From NCBI GenBank assembly GCA_963695805.1, contig CAVOHV010000001.1:67843-131842 (forward strand): a stretch of DNA of 64,000 nt, written 5' to 3'. Positions 56,986 through 64,000 of the stretch are shown piece after piece. The notes beneath the pieces were generated by a model. That model saw only the letters and a list, made by a program, of their open reading frames with translations, was not told the origin of the DNA and made no database searches. Positions within the stretch are counted from its first letter, which is position 1, and the number at the start of each line of letters is the position of its first letter. Both the position numbers and the translations under genes were made by a program. Origin of the DNA: an uncultured Solirubrobacterales bacterium (lineage in GTDB: Bacteria; Actinomycetota; Thermoleophilia; Solirubrobacterales; 70-9).

Positions 56986-58746
56986 ATGTCTAGGTTCACT
57001 CGCGAGAGCGTCGACCGCGTGAAGGAGGCGGTCGACATCGTCGAGATCGTCTCGCCCTACACCGACCTGCAGCAGCGTGGGCAGGACTACTGGGGGAACT
57101 GCCCGTTCCACGACGAGCGGACGCCGTCGTTCAAGGTCAACCCGCGGGACAAGCTCTATTACTGCTTCGGCTGCGAGGCGAGCGGGGACGTGTTCCGCTT
57201 CGTCGAGGAGCAGGAGGGACTGGACTTTGCGTCCGCGGTGGAGTCGCTGGGCGAGCGGACCGGCGTCGAGCTCAAGCGGGAGGACGAGGATCCCCGGGCC
57301 GAGGAGCGGCGCCGGCGGAAGGCGAAGCTCTGGGAGCTGCTCGAGCGGACCGCGAAGTTCTACGAGCGGTACCTGTGGGAGTCGCCGAAGGCGGAGAAGG
57401 CTCGGGCCTACCTGGCCGAGCGGGGGCTGGGGGAGGAGGTGATGCGGCGCTTCGGCGTCGGGATGGCGCCGAGCCCGTGGGACCAGGTGCTGACCGGGAG
57501 CCAGAGGGCGGGGTTCAAGGTCGATGAGCTGCTCGCGGCCGGGCTCGCGCAGAAGGGCCGGCAGGGTGGGCACTACGACCGCTTCCGGAACCGCATCACG
57601 TTCCCCATCCGGGACCAGCGGGGGCGGGTGCTCGGTTTCGGGGCGCGGGCGTTGAGCCCTGACGCCCAGCCGAAGTACCTGAACTCGCCTGAGGGCGAGC
57701 TCTATCGGAAGAGCCACACGCTCTACGGGATCGATCGGGCCAGGGGGCCGATCGCGAAGGCGCGGAGGGCGATCGTGGTCGAGGGGTACACGGACGTGCT
57801 GGCGCTGCACCAGGCCGGGGTGGAGGAGGCGGTGGCGATCATGGGGACGGCGATCACGCCGGAGCAGGTCGCGATGCTGGCCGGGCTGACCGATGCGGTG
57901 GTGCTGGCGCTCGATGCCGACCGGGCCGGGGCGGACGCGATGATCCGGGCGCAGAAGGTGGCCGGTGGCAGGGGGCTGGAGCTGCGGGTCGCGGCGATGC
58001 CGGAGGGGGAGGACCCGGCCGACATGCTTCAGGAGGGGTCTTCGGATCGGTTCATGGAGCTGGTGGACGGGGCGATCGATCTGCCGAGCTTCCGGGTGGA
58101 CGTGGCGCTCGGGCGGGGCGAGCTGGGCAGCCTGGCCGGGAGGGAGCGGGTGTTGGAGGAGGTCGGACCCGTCCTGAAGGCGATGGGCGAGACGGCGCTC
58201 GGCTTCGATGAGCTGGTGCGGAAGGTGGCGGACCGGCTCGATACGGATCCGAGCCTGGTACTGGCGCGGGTACGGTCGGCCCGCGAGGCTGGGGCGGACC
58301 AGAATGGGGCGGGGGAGCCGGTGCCCCGGCCGGTGGCCGTCTCGCTGACGCCGCGCGAGACTCGGGAGAGGGCGCTTCTCGCCATGTGCCTCGTCGATCC
58401 GGGGACCGGACGCCAGTTCATCGAGAAGCTGACCGACGAGCACATGTCGCCGTCCGGTGCCCCGGCGCTGAGCTGGCTGCGCACTCACCTCGACGATCCC
58501 ATGTCCGGTCTGCCCCGAGACGACCCGGCGCTCACCTCGCTGATCACCGAGCTGGTTATGCGGGCGGAGAGCGAGCCGGCCTCGGAGGCGGCGATGCAGC
58601 TCAACTTCGATCTGCTCGAGCAGCAGCGGCTGGAGGACGGGATCTCGGCGGCGCAGAAGGCGGGCGACTACGAGGTGAGCTCGCGCCTGTCCCAGGAGCG
58701 CGCGGCTCTCACGGACCGGATCGCGCACGCCGGCGTCGTCTCCTAA
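56986..58746 (+). CDS. dnaG: DNA primase
   Basis: ATG 56986. Zinc-binding CPFHDERTPSFKVNPRDKLYYCFGCEASGD, and a TOPRIM domain VVEGYTDVLALHQAG...LDADRAG. Confidence 0.95.
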   Translation: MSRFTRESVDRVKEAVDIVEIVSPYTDLQQRGQDYWGNCPFHDERTPSFKVNPRDKLYYCFGCEASGDVFRFVEEQEGLDFASAVESLGERTGVELKREDEDPRAEERRRRKAKLWELLERTAKFYERYLWESPKAEKARAYLAERGLGEEVMRRFGVGMAPSPWDQVLTGSQRAGFKVDELLAAGLAQKGRQGGHYDRFRNRITFPIRDQRGRVLGFGARALSPDAQPKYLNSPEGELYRKSHTLYGIDRARGPIAKARRAIVVEGYTDVLALHQAGVEEAVAIMGTAITPEQVAMLAGLTDAVVLALDADRAGADAMIRAQKVAGGRGLELRVAAMPEGEDPADMLQEGSSDRFMELVDGAIDLPSFRVDVALGRGELGSLAGRERVLEEVGPVLKAMGETALGFDELVRKVADRLDTDPSLVLARVRSAREAGADQNGAGEPVPRPVAVSLTPRETRERALLAMCLVDPGTGRQFIEKLTDEHMSPSGAPALSWLRTHLDDPMSGLPRDDPALTSLITELVMRAESEPASEAAMQLNFDLLEQQRLEDGISAAQKAGDYEVSSRLSQERAALTDRIAHAGVVS

Positions 58747-58856
58747 CGGGTTTCACACACTCGCCTCATTCGCGCGCAGCTCCAGCGCGATTTCGCGCGC
58801 CTTTCGTCACAGGTTCGGGCCCGATCCATCCGGCCCGCTTTGGAAACTGCCTGCAA

Positions 58857-59594
58857 ATGAGTAAAGAAGAGCTAGAGCGCTATCTGGCGGAGGGCCTCTC
58901 CCTCGAGCAGATCGGGAAGCGCGTGGGCCTAGAGAAATCGACCGTGAGTTACCACTTGCAGAAGCATGGCCTCGAGCCTGTAAACAAGGGCAGGGCGGCG
59001 AACCGAGGTGGCCTAGCTGAAGAAACGTTACGAGCGCTTGTTCAAGAGGGTGTGAGTCTGAGTGAGATGGCGCGCCGATTGGATCGAAGCATCTCCACCG
59101 TGCGTTACTGGCTCCGGAAGTACGGACTCTGGCCGCTGCCCGCGGGCCGTCGTAGGACCGAGGCTCGCCGAGCGCGAGAGCAGGGACTCAAGCGCGTTGA
59201 GTTGGAGTGCCGCCATCACGGGCGCACCGAGTTCGTGTTGGAAGTCAGGCGTTATCGGTGCCTGAAGTGCCGCCGCGCAGGGGTGATCCGGTGGAGACGC
59301 AGCGCAAAGCTGCGACTTGTCGAGGAAGCCGGCGGGAAGTGCGTGCTTTGTGGTTACGACGAATTCCCTGGCGCACTTCAGTTCCACCACGTGGACCCGA
59401 AGCAGAAGGCGTTTGGGCTCGCCATGCGTGGCTTGACCAGATCGATTGAGGAGCTTCGCCGGGAGGCCGCAAAGTGCGTACTGCTTTGCGCGAACTGCCA
59501 TGCGAAGGTCGAATGGGGTTCCGCAACGCTTCCAGCCGATGCCCTGCGATCGGTCTTGAACGGAGCACCGGACGGTAATCTTGGTGGTGCTTGA
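58857..59594 (+). CDS. HNH endonuclease with two N-terminal helix-turn-helix modules
   Basis: ORF 58386..59594 with ATG 58857. Repeated HTH-like segments (LSLEQIGKRVGLEKSTVSYHLQKHGL; VSLSEMARRLDRSISTVRYWLRKYGL). HNH core is CVLCGYDEFPGALQFHHVDP...LLCANCHAKVE. G+C is visibly lower than in the flanks. Confidence 0.8.
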   Translation: MSKEELERYLAEGLSLEQIGKRVGLEKSTVSYHLQKHGLEPVNKGRAANRGGLAEETLRALVQEGVSLSEMARRLDRSISTVRYWLRKYGLWPLPAGRRRTEARRAREQGLKRVELECRHHGRTEFVLEVRRYRCLKCRRAGVIRWRRSAKLRLVEEAGGKCVLCGYDEFPGALQFHHVDPKQKAFGLAMRGLTRSIEELRREAAKCVLLCANCHAKVEWGSATLPADALRSVLNGAPDGNLGGA

Positions 59595-59622
59595 TTAGGA
59601 CCTAGCAATCGGGTGTACATGG

Positions 59623-59695
59623 TCCGGGGTGGGCCATTTGGTAGGCCAGCACACTGTTAATGTGCCGCATGTCGGTTCGAGTCCGACCCCCGGAG
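59623..59695 (+). tRNA. tRNA-Asn (anticodon GTT)
   Basis: Hand-folded cloverleaf. Acceptor TCCGGGG/CCCCGGA, D arm GGCC-ATTTGGTA-GGCC, anticodon arm GCACA-CTGTTAA-TGTGC, variable CGCAT, T arm GTCGG-TTCGAGT-CCGAC, discriminator G. No encoded CCA. Confidence 0.9.
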
Positions 59696-59708
59696 CTCTC
59701 GAAGCGAC

Positions 59709-60943
59709 CTAGTAATGAGCCGGCGAAAGCTGGCTCTTCTGCTTTCGGGCGACGTTCTCTATGGCCTCCGCGGCAGCAACCGCGCTGTCGTGGGTGTCCG
59801 ACCACGCGGCAAGCTGAAGGGCCTTCGCCACGAACCGCTCCTCACCGAGTAGCCGCCGGGTTGCCAGCCTGATCGCGCGCCGCGAGAGCAGCCGCCGCGG
59901 CACGGAAAGGCCGGTCCCGGACCACGCCACCCGGGCGGCGTTCTCAGCCATATCCCCGACGGAAGGACAGACCAGCAGCGGCTTGCCGGCCGCCAGCGCC
60001 CGCGCCACCGTCCCGTGCCCCCCGTGGCAGATCACCACGTCCGCCGCCGGCATCGCCTGCGAGTAGAGCACCCAATCGACCAGCTCCGCGTTGGCGGGGA
60101 CCTCTATCGGCCGCTCGGGCCGGTGCCCGTTCGTGGTCGCCAGCACCCGCAGCGGCTCATCCGCCAGCCCCTCGAGCGCCACCCTGATCAGCTCGCATTC
60201 CGGGTCCTGGGAAGTACTCGGCGCGACCAGAACCAGCGGCCCATCTCCCTGCGGGATCGCCACCTCCTCACCGGGCAGCTCGAAGAACAGCGGCCCCGTG
60301 ACCCGCACGTTCGCCGGCCACTCCCGCGGATACTCCAGGTGTGGAAACGTCGCCGACGATCGCCAGCAGCTCGCTGATCCCACCGTGAAACCGCTCGATC
60401 GGTCCGAGCCCCAGCCGTGCCCGTGGTCTCGTTGAGCTCGTCGCGTCCCCGCCGCAGCCCCATCGCCATCAGCGGGTCCGTCGCGCGCCAGGCGAGCCGC
60501 CCCACCGCGGTCCGCGGCGGGCGCAGCCCCAGCGAGTACATCGGCATTCCCGGCTGCTGCACGGGATAGACGTGCGGGATCAGGGTGGCGTGCGGCACCC
60601 CGGCCACCTCCGCCGCGAGCGTCGGCGCCAGGGTCAGGATGTCGCTCACCACCAGATCCGGTTCGAAGTCATCCATCAACCGGGCGAGCGCCCGCGCGGC
60701 AGCCGCCGCCGTCTGGCCATCGGGCGTGTCCGGACCGGGCGGCGGATACACCGTGTACTCCTGCGCCCCGGTAAAGGCGAGCCCCTCGGCCTCCACCGGG
60801 TCCCGCCACCGCTCCCAGGTCTCGACCAGCACCTCGTGTCCCCTGCGACCGAGCTCCCGCGCGAGCGCGATCGCCGGGAAGGCGTGCCCCGGATCGCCGA
60901 AGGCGGCGACCAGCAACCGCAGCTCTCGGTCTGAACGGCCCAT
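59709..60943 (-). pseudogene. MGT/UDP-glycosyltransferase (GT1) family gene disrupted by two single-nucleotide insertions
   Basis: The N-terminal part (MGRSDRELRLLVAAFGDPGHAFPAIALARELGRRGHEV...RGRDELNET) is in one phase. RARLGLGPIERFHGGISELLAIV is in a second phase. ATFPHLEYPREWPANVRVTGPL...ICHGGHGTVARALAAGKPLLVCP is in a third. Total length is 1235 nt, that is 3n+2. Confidence 0.75.
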
Positions 60944-60981
60944 TGCGCTGACCCTACGGGGTAGGCGGTATCCCTTGATAG

Positions 60982-61518
60982 ATGGCAAAGCGCCGCAACA
61001 ACGCCCAACGCCTCCGCAATGCCGTCTACGCCCTGCCGGGCCGTACCAAGGCGGCCATGCTCCGCGGCATCCGCGCCAACCGAGTGATCGTCGGCGCCTA
61101 CGTGGACAAGCGCGGCGGCGTCTGCCCGATGCTCGCCGCTCACCGCAACGGCGGCCGCACCAACTTCGGGACCTTCGCCCGCGCCTGGGACTCCTACACC
61201 GGCGCCAACCAGCGCAAGCCCCGTCGCGCTTCCCGCCGCGAGGTCCGCACCCTCGAGGGCTATCTCGAGATGTCGCTGATCCGCGACGGCATCGAGCTCT
61301 ACACCGAGACCCACCCTGACCGTCCACTCGCGGAGGAGGTTCGGGACGTCCAGGCCACCCGGCGCCGCCTCGCCGAGGCCGACGCCCGCCAGGGCTCCGA
61401 CGTCAGCGTCGACGACGTGCTCACCACGGCCTACGGCGAGCACTCGCCCGCCGAGGGCTCCGCCGAGACCTGGGCCTCCAAGCTCAACCAAGCCGACACC
61501 GAACGAGCCGACGCCTGA
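60982..61518 (+). CDS. hypothetical protein (no family recognised)
   Basis: 178-aa ORF with GC-rich third positions; the antisense alternative looks like junk. Basic N-terminus, CPMLAAHRNGGRTNFGTFARAWDSY, and an acidic C-terminus. Confidence 0.45.
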   Translation: MAKRRNNAQRLRNAVYALPGRTKAAMLRGIRANRVIVGAYVDKRGGVCPMLAAHRNGGRTNFGTFARAWDSYTGANQRKPRRASRREVRTLEGYLEMSLIRDGIELYTETHPDRPLAEEVRDVQATRRRLAEADARQGSDVSVDDVLTTAYGEHSPAEGSAETWASKLNQADTERADA

Positions 61519-61540
61519 TCCACCGGGCTACCTTGCGCCC

Positions 61541-62482
61541 GTGAACCGGGCGCCATCCGACCAGCCCTTCGTCTCAGTGATCGTCCCCGTCCGCGACGGC
61601 GAGTCAACGATCGCCGACGGTCTGGACTCCATCCTCGCCACCGACTACCCAGCGGACCGCCGGGAGATCCTGGTGATCGACAACGGCTCCAGCGATGGCA
61701 CCGCCGCCCTGATTCAAGCCCGGCCCGTCACCTACCTGCGAGAGGCCAAGCGCGGTGTGTCCAACGCCCGCAATCGCGGCATCGCCGAGAGCCGCGGCGA
61801 GATCCTCGCGTTCGTCGATGCGGACTGCCTGGTCGAGCCCCAATGGCTCACCGAGCTCGTCCGCCCTTTCGAGGACCCCGCGATCGGCAGCGTCGGCGGC
61901 GACCTCCGGCACGCGCCCCCGACCACCGCGGCCGAGCGCCAGGCAGCCCGCATGCTCGGCAACTGGCAGCGCTTCGCCTTCAGCTCCAACCCCGCCTACC
62001 CGATCACGGCGAACGCCGCGTACCGCCGCGACGTCCTCGACCGAATCGGGCCATTCGACCCCCGTTTGACCCGCGCCCAGGACGTCGAACTCGGCCTCCG
62101 CTTTCAGGAGCGCAGTGGCCTTCGGCTCGCCTACGCCGAACGTGCGACCGCGCTCCACCGTCACCGCTCCACCCAGCGAGGCTTCTTCCGCCAGCAGTTC
62201 GGCTGGGCGTATGGAGCCGGACTGGTCGGCGCCAAGTTCGAAGCCATGGGCGGCCATCCCGTCACGCCTCCTCGGATCCGGGATCTAATCCGTCCCCTAC
62301 AGGGGCTCGGCATGGTCACCTGGGTTGGCCTCCGCCGCCGCGGCCGGCGCCAGTGGATCGAGGACGCCTGGTTCGACTTTCTCCGCCAGCTCGCCTGGTG
62401 GACCGGCGCTCGCATCGGACTCCGCCGCGGCGCCCGGATCTGGCGACTCAGCCCAGAGGTCGAGCCCGAAAGCTCAACCTAG
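61541..62482 (+). CDS. family-2 glycosyltransferase
   Basis: FVSVIVPVRDGESTI...ILVIDNGSSDGT...FVDADC (DxD) are typical of GT2 (GT-A fold). Confidence 0.85.
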   Translation: MNRAPSDQPFVSVIVPVRDGESTIADGLDSILATDYPADRREILVIDNGSSDGTAALIQARPVTYLREAKRGVSNARNRGIAESRGEILAFVDADCLVEPQWLTELVRPFEDPAIGSVGGDLRHAPPTTAAERQAARMLGNWQRFAFSSNPAYPITANAAYRRDVLDRIGPFDPRLTRAQDVELGLRFQERSGLRLAYAERATALHRHRSTQRGFFRQQFGWAYGAGLVGAKFEAMGGHPVTPPRIRDLIRPLQGLGMVTWVGLRRRGRRQWIEDAWFDFLRQLAWWTGARIGLRRGARIWRLSPEVEPESST

Positions 62483-63214
62483 TTCGGGCGTATCCATCGT
62501 GTCCCCTGGCCGCAGGAAGAGGATCTCGGGGACCATGCAGTTCGGGGATGTCCGCAGGAGGAAGCGCACGCCCTCCGCGATGTCCTCGGGCCGGATCATC
62601 GCCTCGGGCGCCACCTGACCCCTGACGAACTCGGTCATCGGCGTGTCGACGAACCCCGGCGCGAACGCGGTCACCTGAATCCCCTGGCCCGCGATCTCCT
62701 TTTGGGTGGCCTGAGAGAAGCCGATCACCGCCGCCTTGGTCGCGGAGTACACCGACAACCACGGCTGACCGGACTTGCCGGAGATCGAGGCGGTGTTCAC
62801 CAGCAGCGCCTTGCCGTGTTCGGCACCGGCCTCGCGCAGCATCGGCAGGCACTCGCGCGTCATCAGGATCAGCGCGCGCAGGTTCACCCCCAGCTGCATA
62901 TCGACGTACTTGGTCGTCAGCGCGTGCATCTCCTCGCCGATGCCGACGCCCGCGTTGTTGATCAGCACGTCCAGCCGCCCGTACTCCTCCCGGTGCGACT
63001 CGACGAGCGCGTTGAGGTTCTCCTCATCGGCCATGTTCGCCGGCACGCTCTGAACCTCGAGCCCAGCCGAGCGCAGATCCTCGGCGGCAGCCTCCAGCTT
63101 CTCCGGGCGCCGGGCGGACACGGTGAGGCCGTATCCGTCCTCTCCGAGCGCGCGGGCGATCGCCAGCCCGATCCCGCTCGAACCGCCTGTGATCAGGGCC
63201 GCCTTTTCCGCCAC
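62474..63214 (-). CDS. short-chain dehydrogenase/reductase (3-oxoacyl-ACP reductase-like)
   Basis: ORF 62474..63445. GTG 63214 preceded by GAGGAGG. AALITGGSSGIGLAIA, NNAG, and YSATKAA (Y-x3-K). Confidence 0.85.
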   Translation of the reverse strand: MAEKAALITGGSSGIGLAIARALGEDGYGLTVSARRPEKLEAAAEDLRSAGLEVQSVPANMADEENLNALVESHREEYGRLDVLINNAGVGIGEEMHALTTKYVDMQLGVNLRALILMTRECLPMLREAGAEHGKALLVNTASISGKSGQPWLSVYSATKAAVIGFSQATQKEIAGQGIQVTAFAPGFVDTPMTEFVRGQVAPEAMIRPEDIAEGVRFLLRTSPNCMVPEILFLRPGDTMDTPELG

Positions 63215-63317
63215 GTTCTCCTCCTCTTCCCAGCATGAATCGGTTGTGCCTCGGCTTTCGCCTGCGTCACACCCTCTCTTTAATCGCGGGCGGCACCCTA
63301 TCGGGGCCATCTCTACG

Positions 63318-64000
63318 ATGCCGCCCGTGTCCAGAACGATCATCGCCGCAGCGACGGCACTCGTGGCCACCATCGCGCTGGTCGCCGGCTGCGGCGGCTC
63401 CGACAACGGCACGGGCAGCCGCAGCAAGCCCGCCCTGCCGGCCACTGACTTCCCGGCCCCGCACGGCCAGAGCCTCCAGCAGGTCCTGCTCTCGGCCTCG
63501 AAGGGCCAGCAGGGCCCCGTGGTCGCGCCGGCGGCCGCGATGTTCTACGTCGGCACCAACCGCTTCCCGTTCGGCGTCTTCACCGCAGGCCGCGACCAGG
63601 TCACAGACGCGCAGGTGGCGATCTACGCCACGCCCGGCAAGAGCCCGAGCGGGCCCGCGATCGGCCCCTTCCCGGCCCGGATCGAGGACCTCACCACCAA
63701 GCCGGCCTTCCGCGCCAAGACCACCGCCGATGATCCAAGTGCGGCCCAAGTCGCCTACGTCAGCGACGTCCCGCTGGACAAGACCGGTCCCTGGGCGTTC
63801 GGCGCGCTGATCAAGACCGGCGACTCCTACCAGTACAGCCTGCTGCCGACTCCACACCCGGTGGGCCAGTATCCGGCCCCGCGGGTTGGCCAGCCGGCCC
63901 CGGCCGTGCACACCCTGACCGTCGGCCAGGTCTCCGACGTCTCCCAGATCGACACGCGTGTCCCGCCCGACGACATGCACAACGACGACCTGGCCAGCGT
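63318..64000 (+). CDS. lipoprotein, N-terminal part (gene runs off the window end); probably precedes a thioredoxin-like domain
   Basis: Not in the ORF track (no stop in the window). Manual translation from ATG 63318 gives MPPVSRTIIAAATALVATIALVAGCGGSDNG (lipobox LVAGC)...FYVGTNRFPFGVFTAG...DVSQIDTRVPPDDMHNDDLAS. The thioredoxin-like continuation is a guess. Confidence 0.7.
   Translation, partial: MPPVSRTIIAAATALVATIALVAGCGGSDNGTGSRSKPALPATDFPAPHGQSLQQVLLSASKGQQGPVVAPAAAMFYVGTNRFPFGVFTAGRDQVTDAQVAIYATPGKSPSGPAIGPFPARIEDLTTKPAFRAKTTADDPSAAQVAYVSDVPLDKTGPWAFGALIKTGDSYQYSLLPTPHPVGQYPAPRVGQPAPAVHTLTVGQVSDVSQIDTRVPPDDMHNDDLAS

Noticed and set aside
56980-58728. 582-aa minus-strand ORF
   Set aside because: Antisense shadow of dnaG. 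Arg/Pro/Leu-rich with no motifs.
60655-60675. CGGTTCGAAGTC string resembling the tRNA-Asn T-loop region, considered as a distal att repeat for an island starting at tRNA-Asn
   Set aside because: Only about 11 nt are similar, it lies inside the glycosyltransferase coding sequence, and it does not extend into the acceptor stem. It is most likely chance.
60944-61327. 128-codon N-terminal extension of the glycosyltransferase ORF (longest-ORF model 60188-61327)
   Set aside because: The extension is Arg/Cys/Gly-rich junk overlapping the plus-strand ORF 60982-61518. The GT-like sequence begins at the ATG at 60943.

Overview
High-G+C bacterial chromosomal segment, roughly 70% G+C by eye. The housekeeping synteny is Actinomycetota-type: efp-nusB, xseB-like/polyprenyl synthase/dxs, tlyA-nadK-(MFS)-recN-steA-like-pyrG, NUDIX-xerD, mutM, recO, and dgt-dnaG-tRNA-Asn. 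A deep-branching high-GC actinobacterial lineage is my inference only. Accessory blocks lie between these core genes. (a) Metal and redox genes: a ZIP and an NRAMP transporter, three cupredoxin domains, a possible PHM-like copper monooxygenase, a Met-rich DUF2182 protein, an ApbE/ferric-reductase-like operon, and an EncFtn-like ferritin next to a ferredoxin. (b) Two OmpR/histidine-kinase two-component systems. (c) Two DHA2-type MFS pumps. (d) A patatin plus acyltransferase pair. (e) Several SDRs and hydrolases. I recognised no rRNA, CRISPR array, integrase or transposase. The observations most worth following up are: (1) a six-member family of small SnoaL/NTF2-like genes with conserved ends and divergent cores, three of them fused head-to-tail with 3-nt spacers; (2) two paralogous signal-anchored Asp/His/Gly/Ser low-complexity proteins bracketing a two-component system; (3) a secreted protein with a PHM-like His/Met pattern fused to a cupredoxin, followed by a second cupredoxin, behind an AT-rich palindrome; (4) an orphan EncFtn-like gene between a His-bearing membrane protein and a ferredoxin; (5) a diverged duplicate of the efp 5' end flanking a DUF4126 gene; (6) a tRNA-Arg 3' half relic; (7) frameshift disruptions confined to accessory genes while all long core genes are intact; (8) a low-GC HNH gene wedged between dnaG and tRNA-Asn. 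All functional calls come from reading the translated ORFs. No database search was run.
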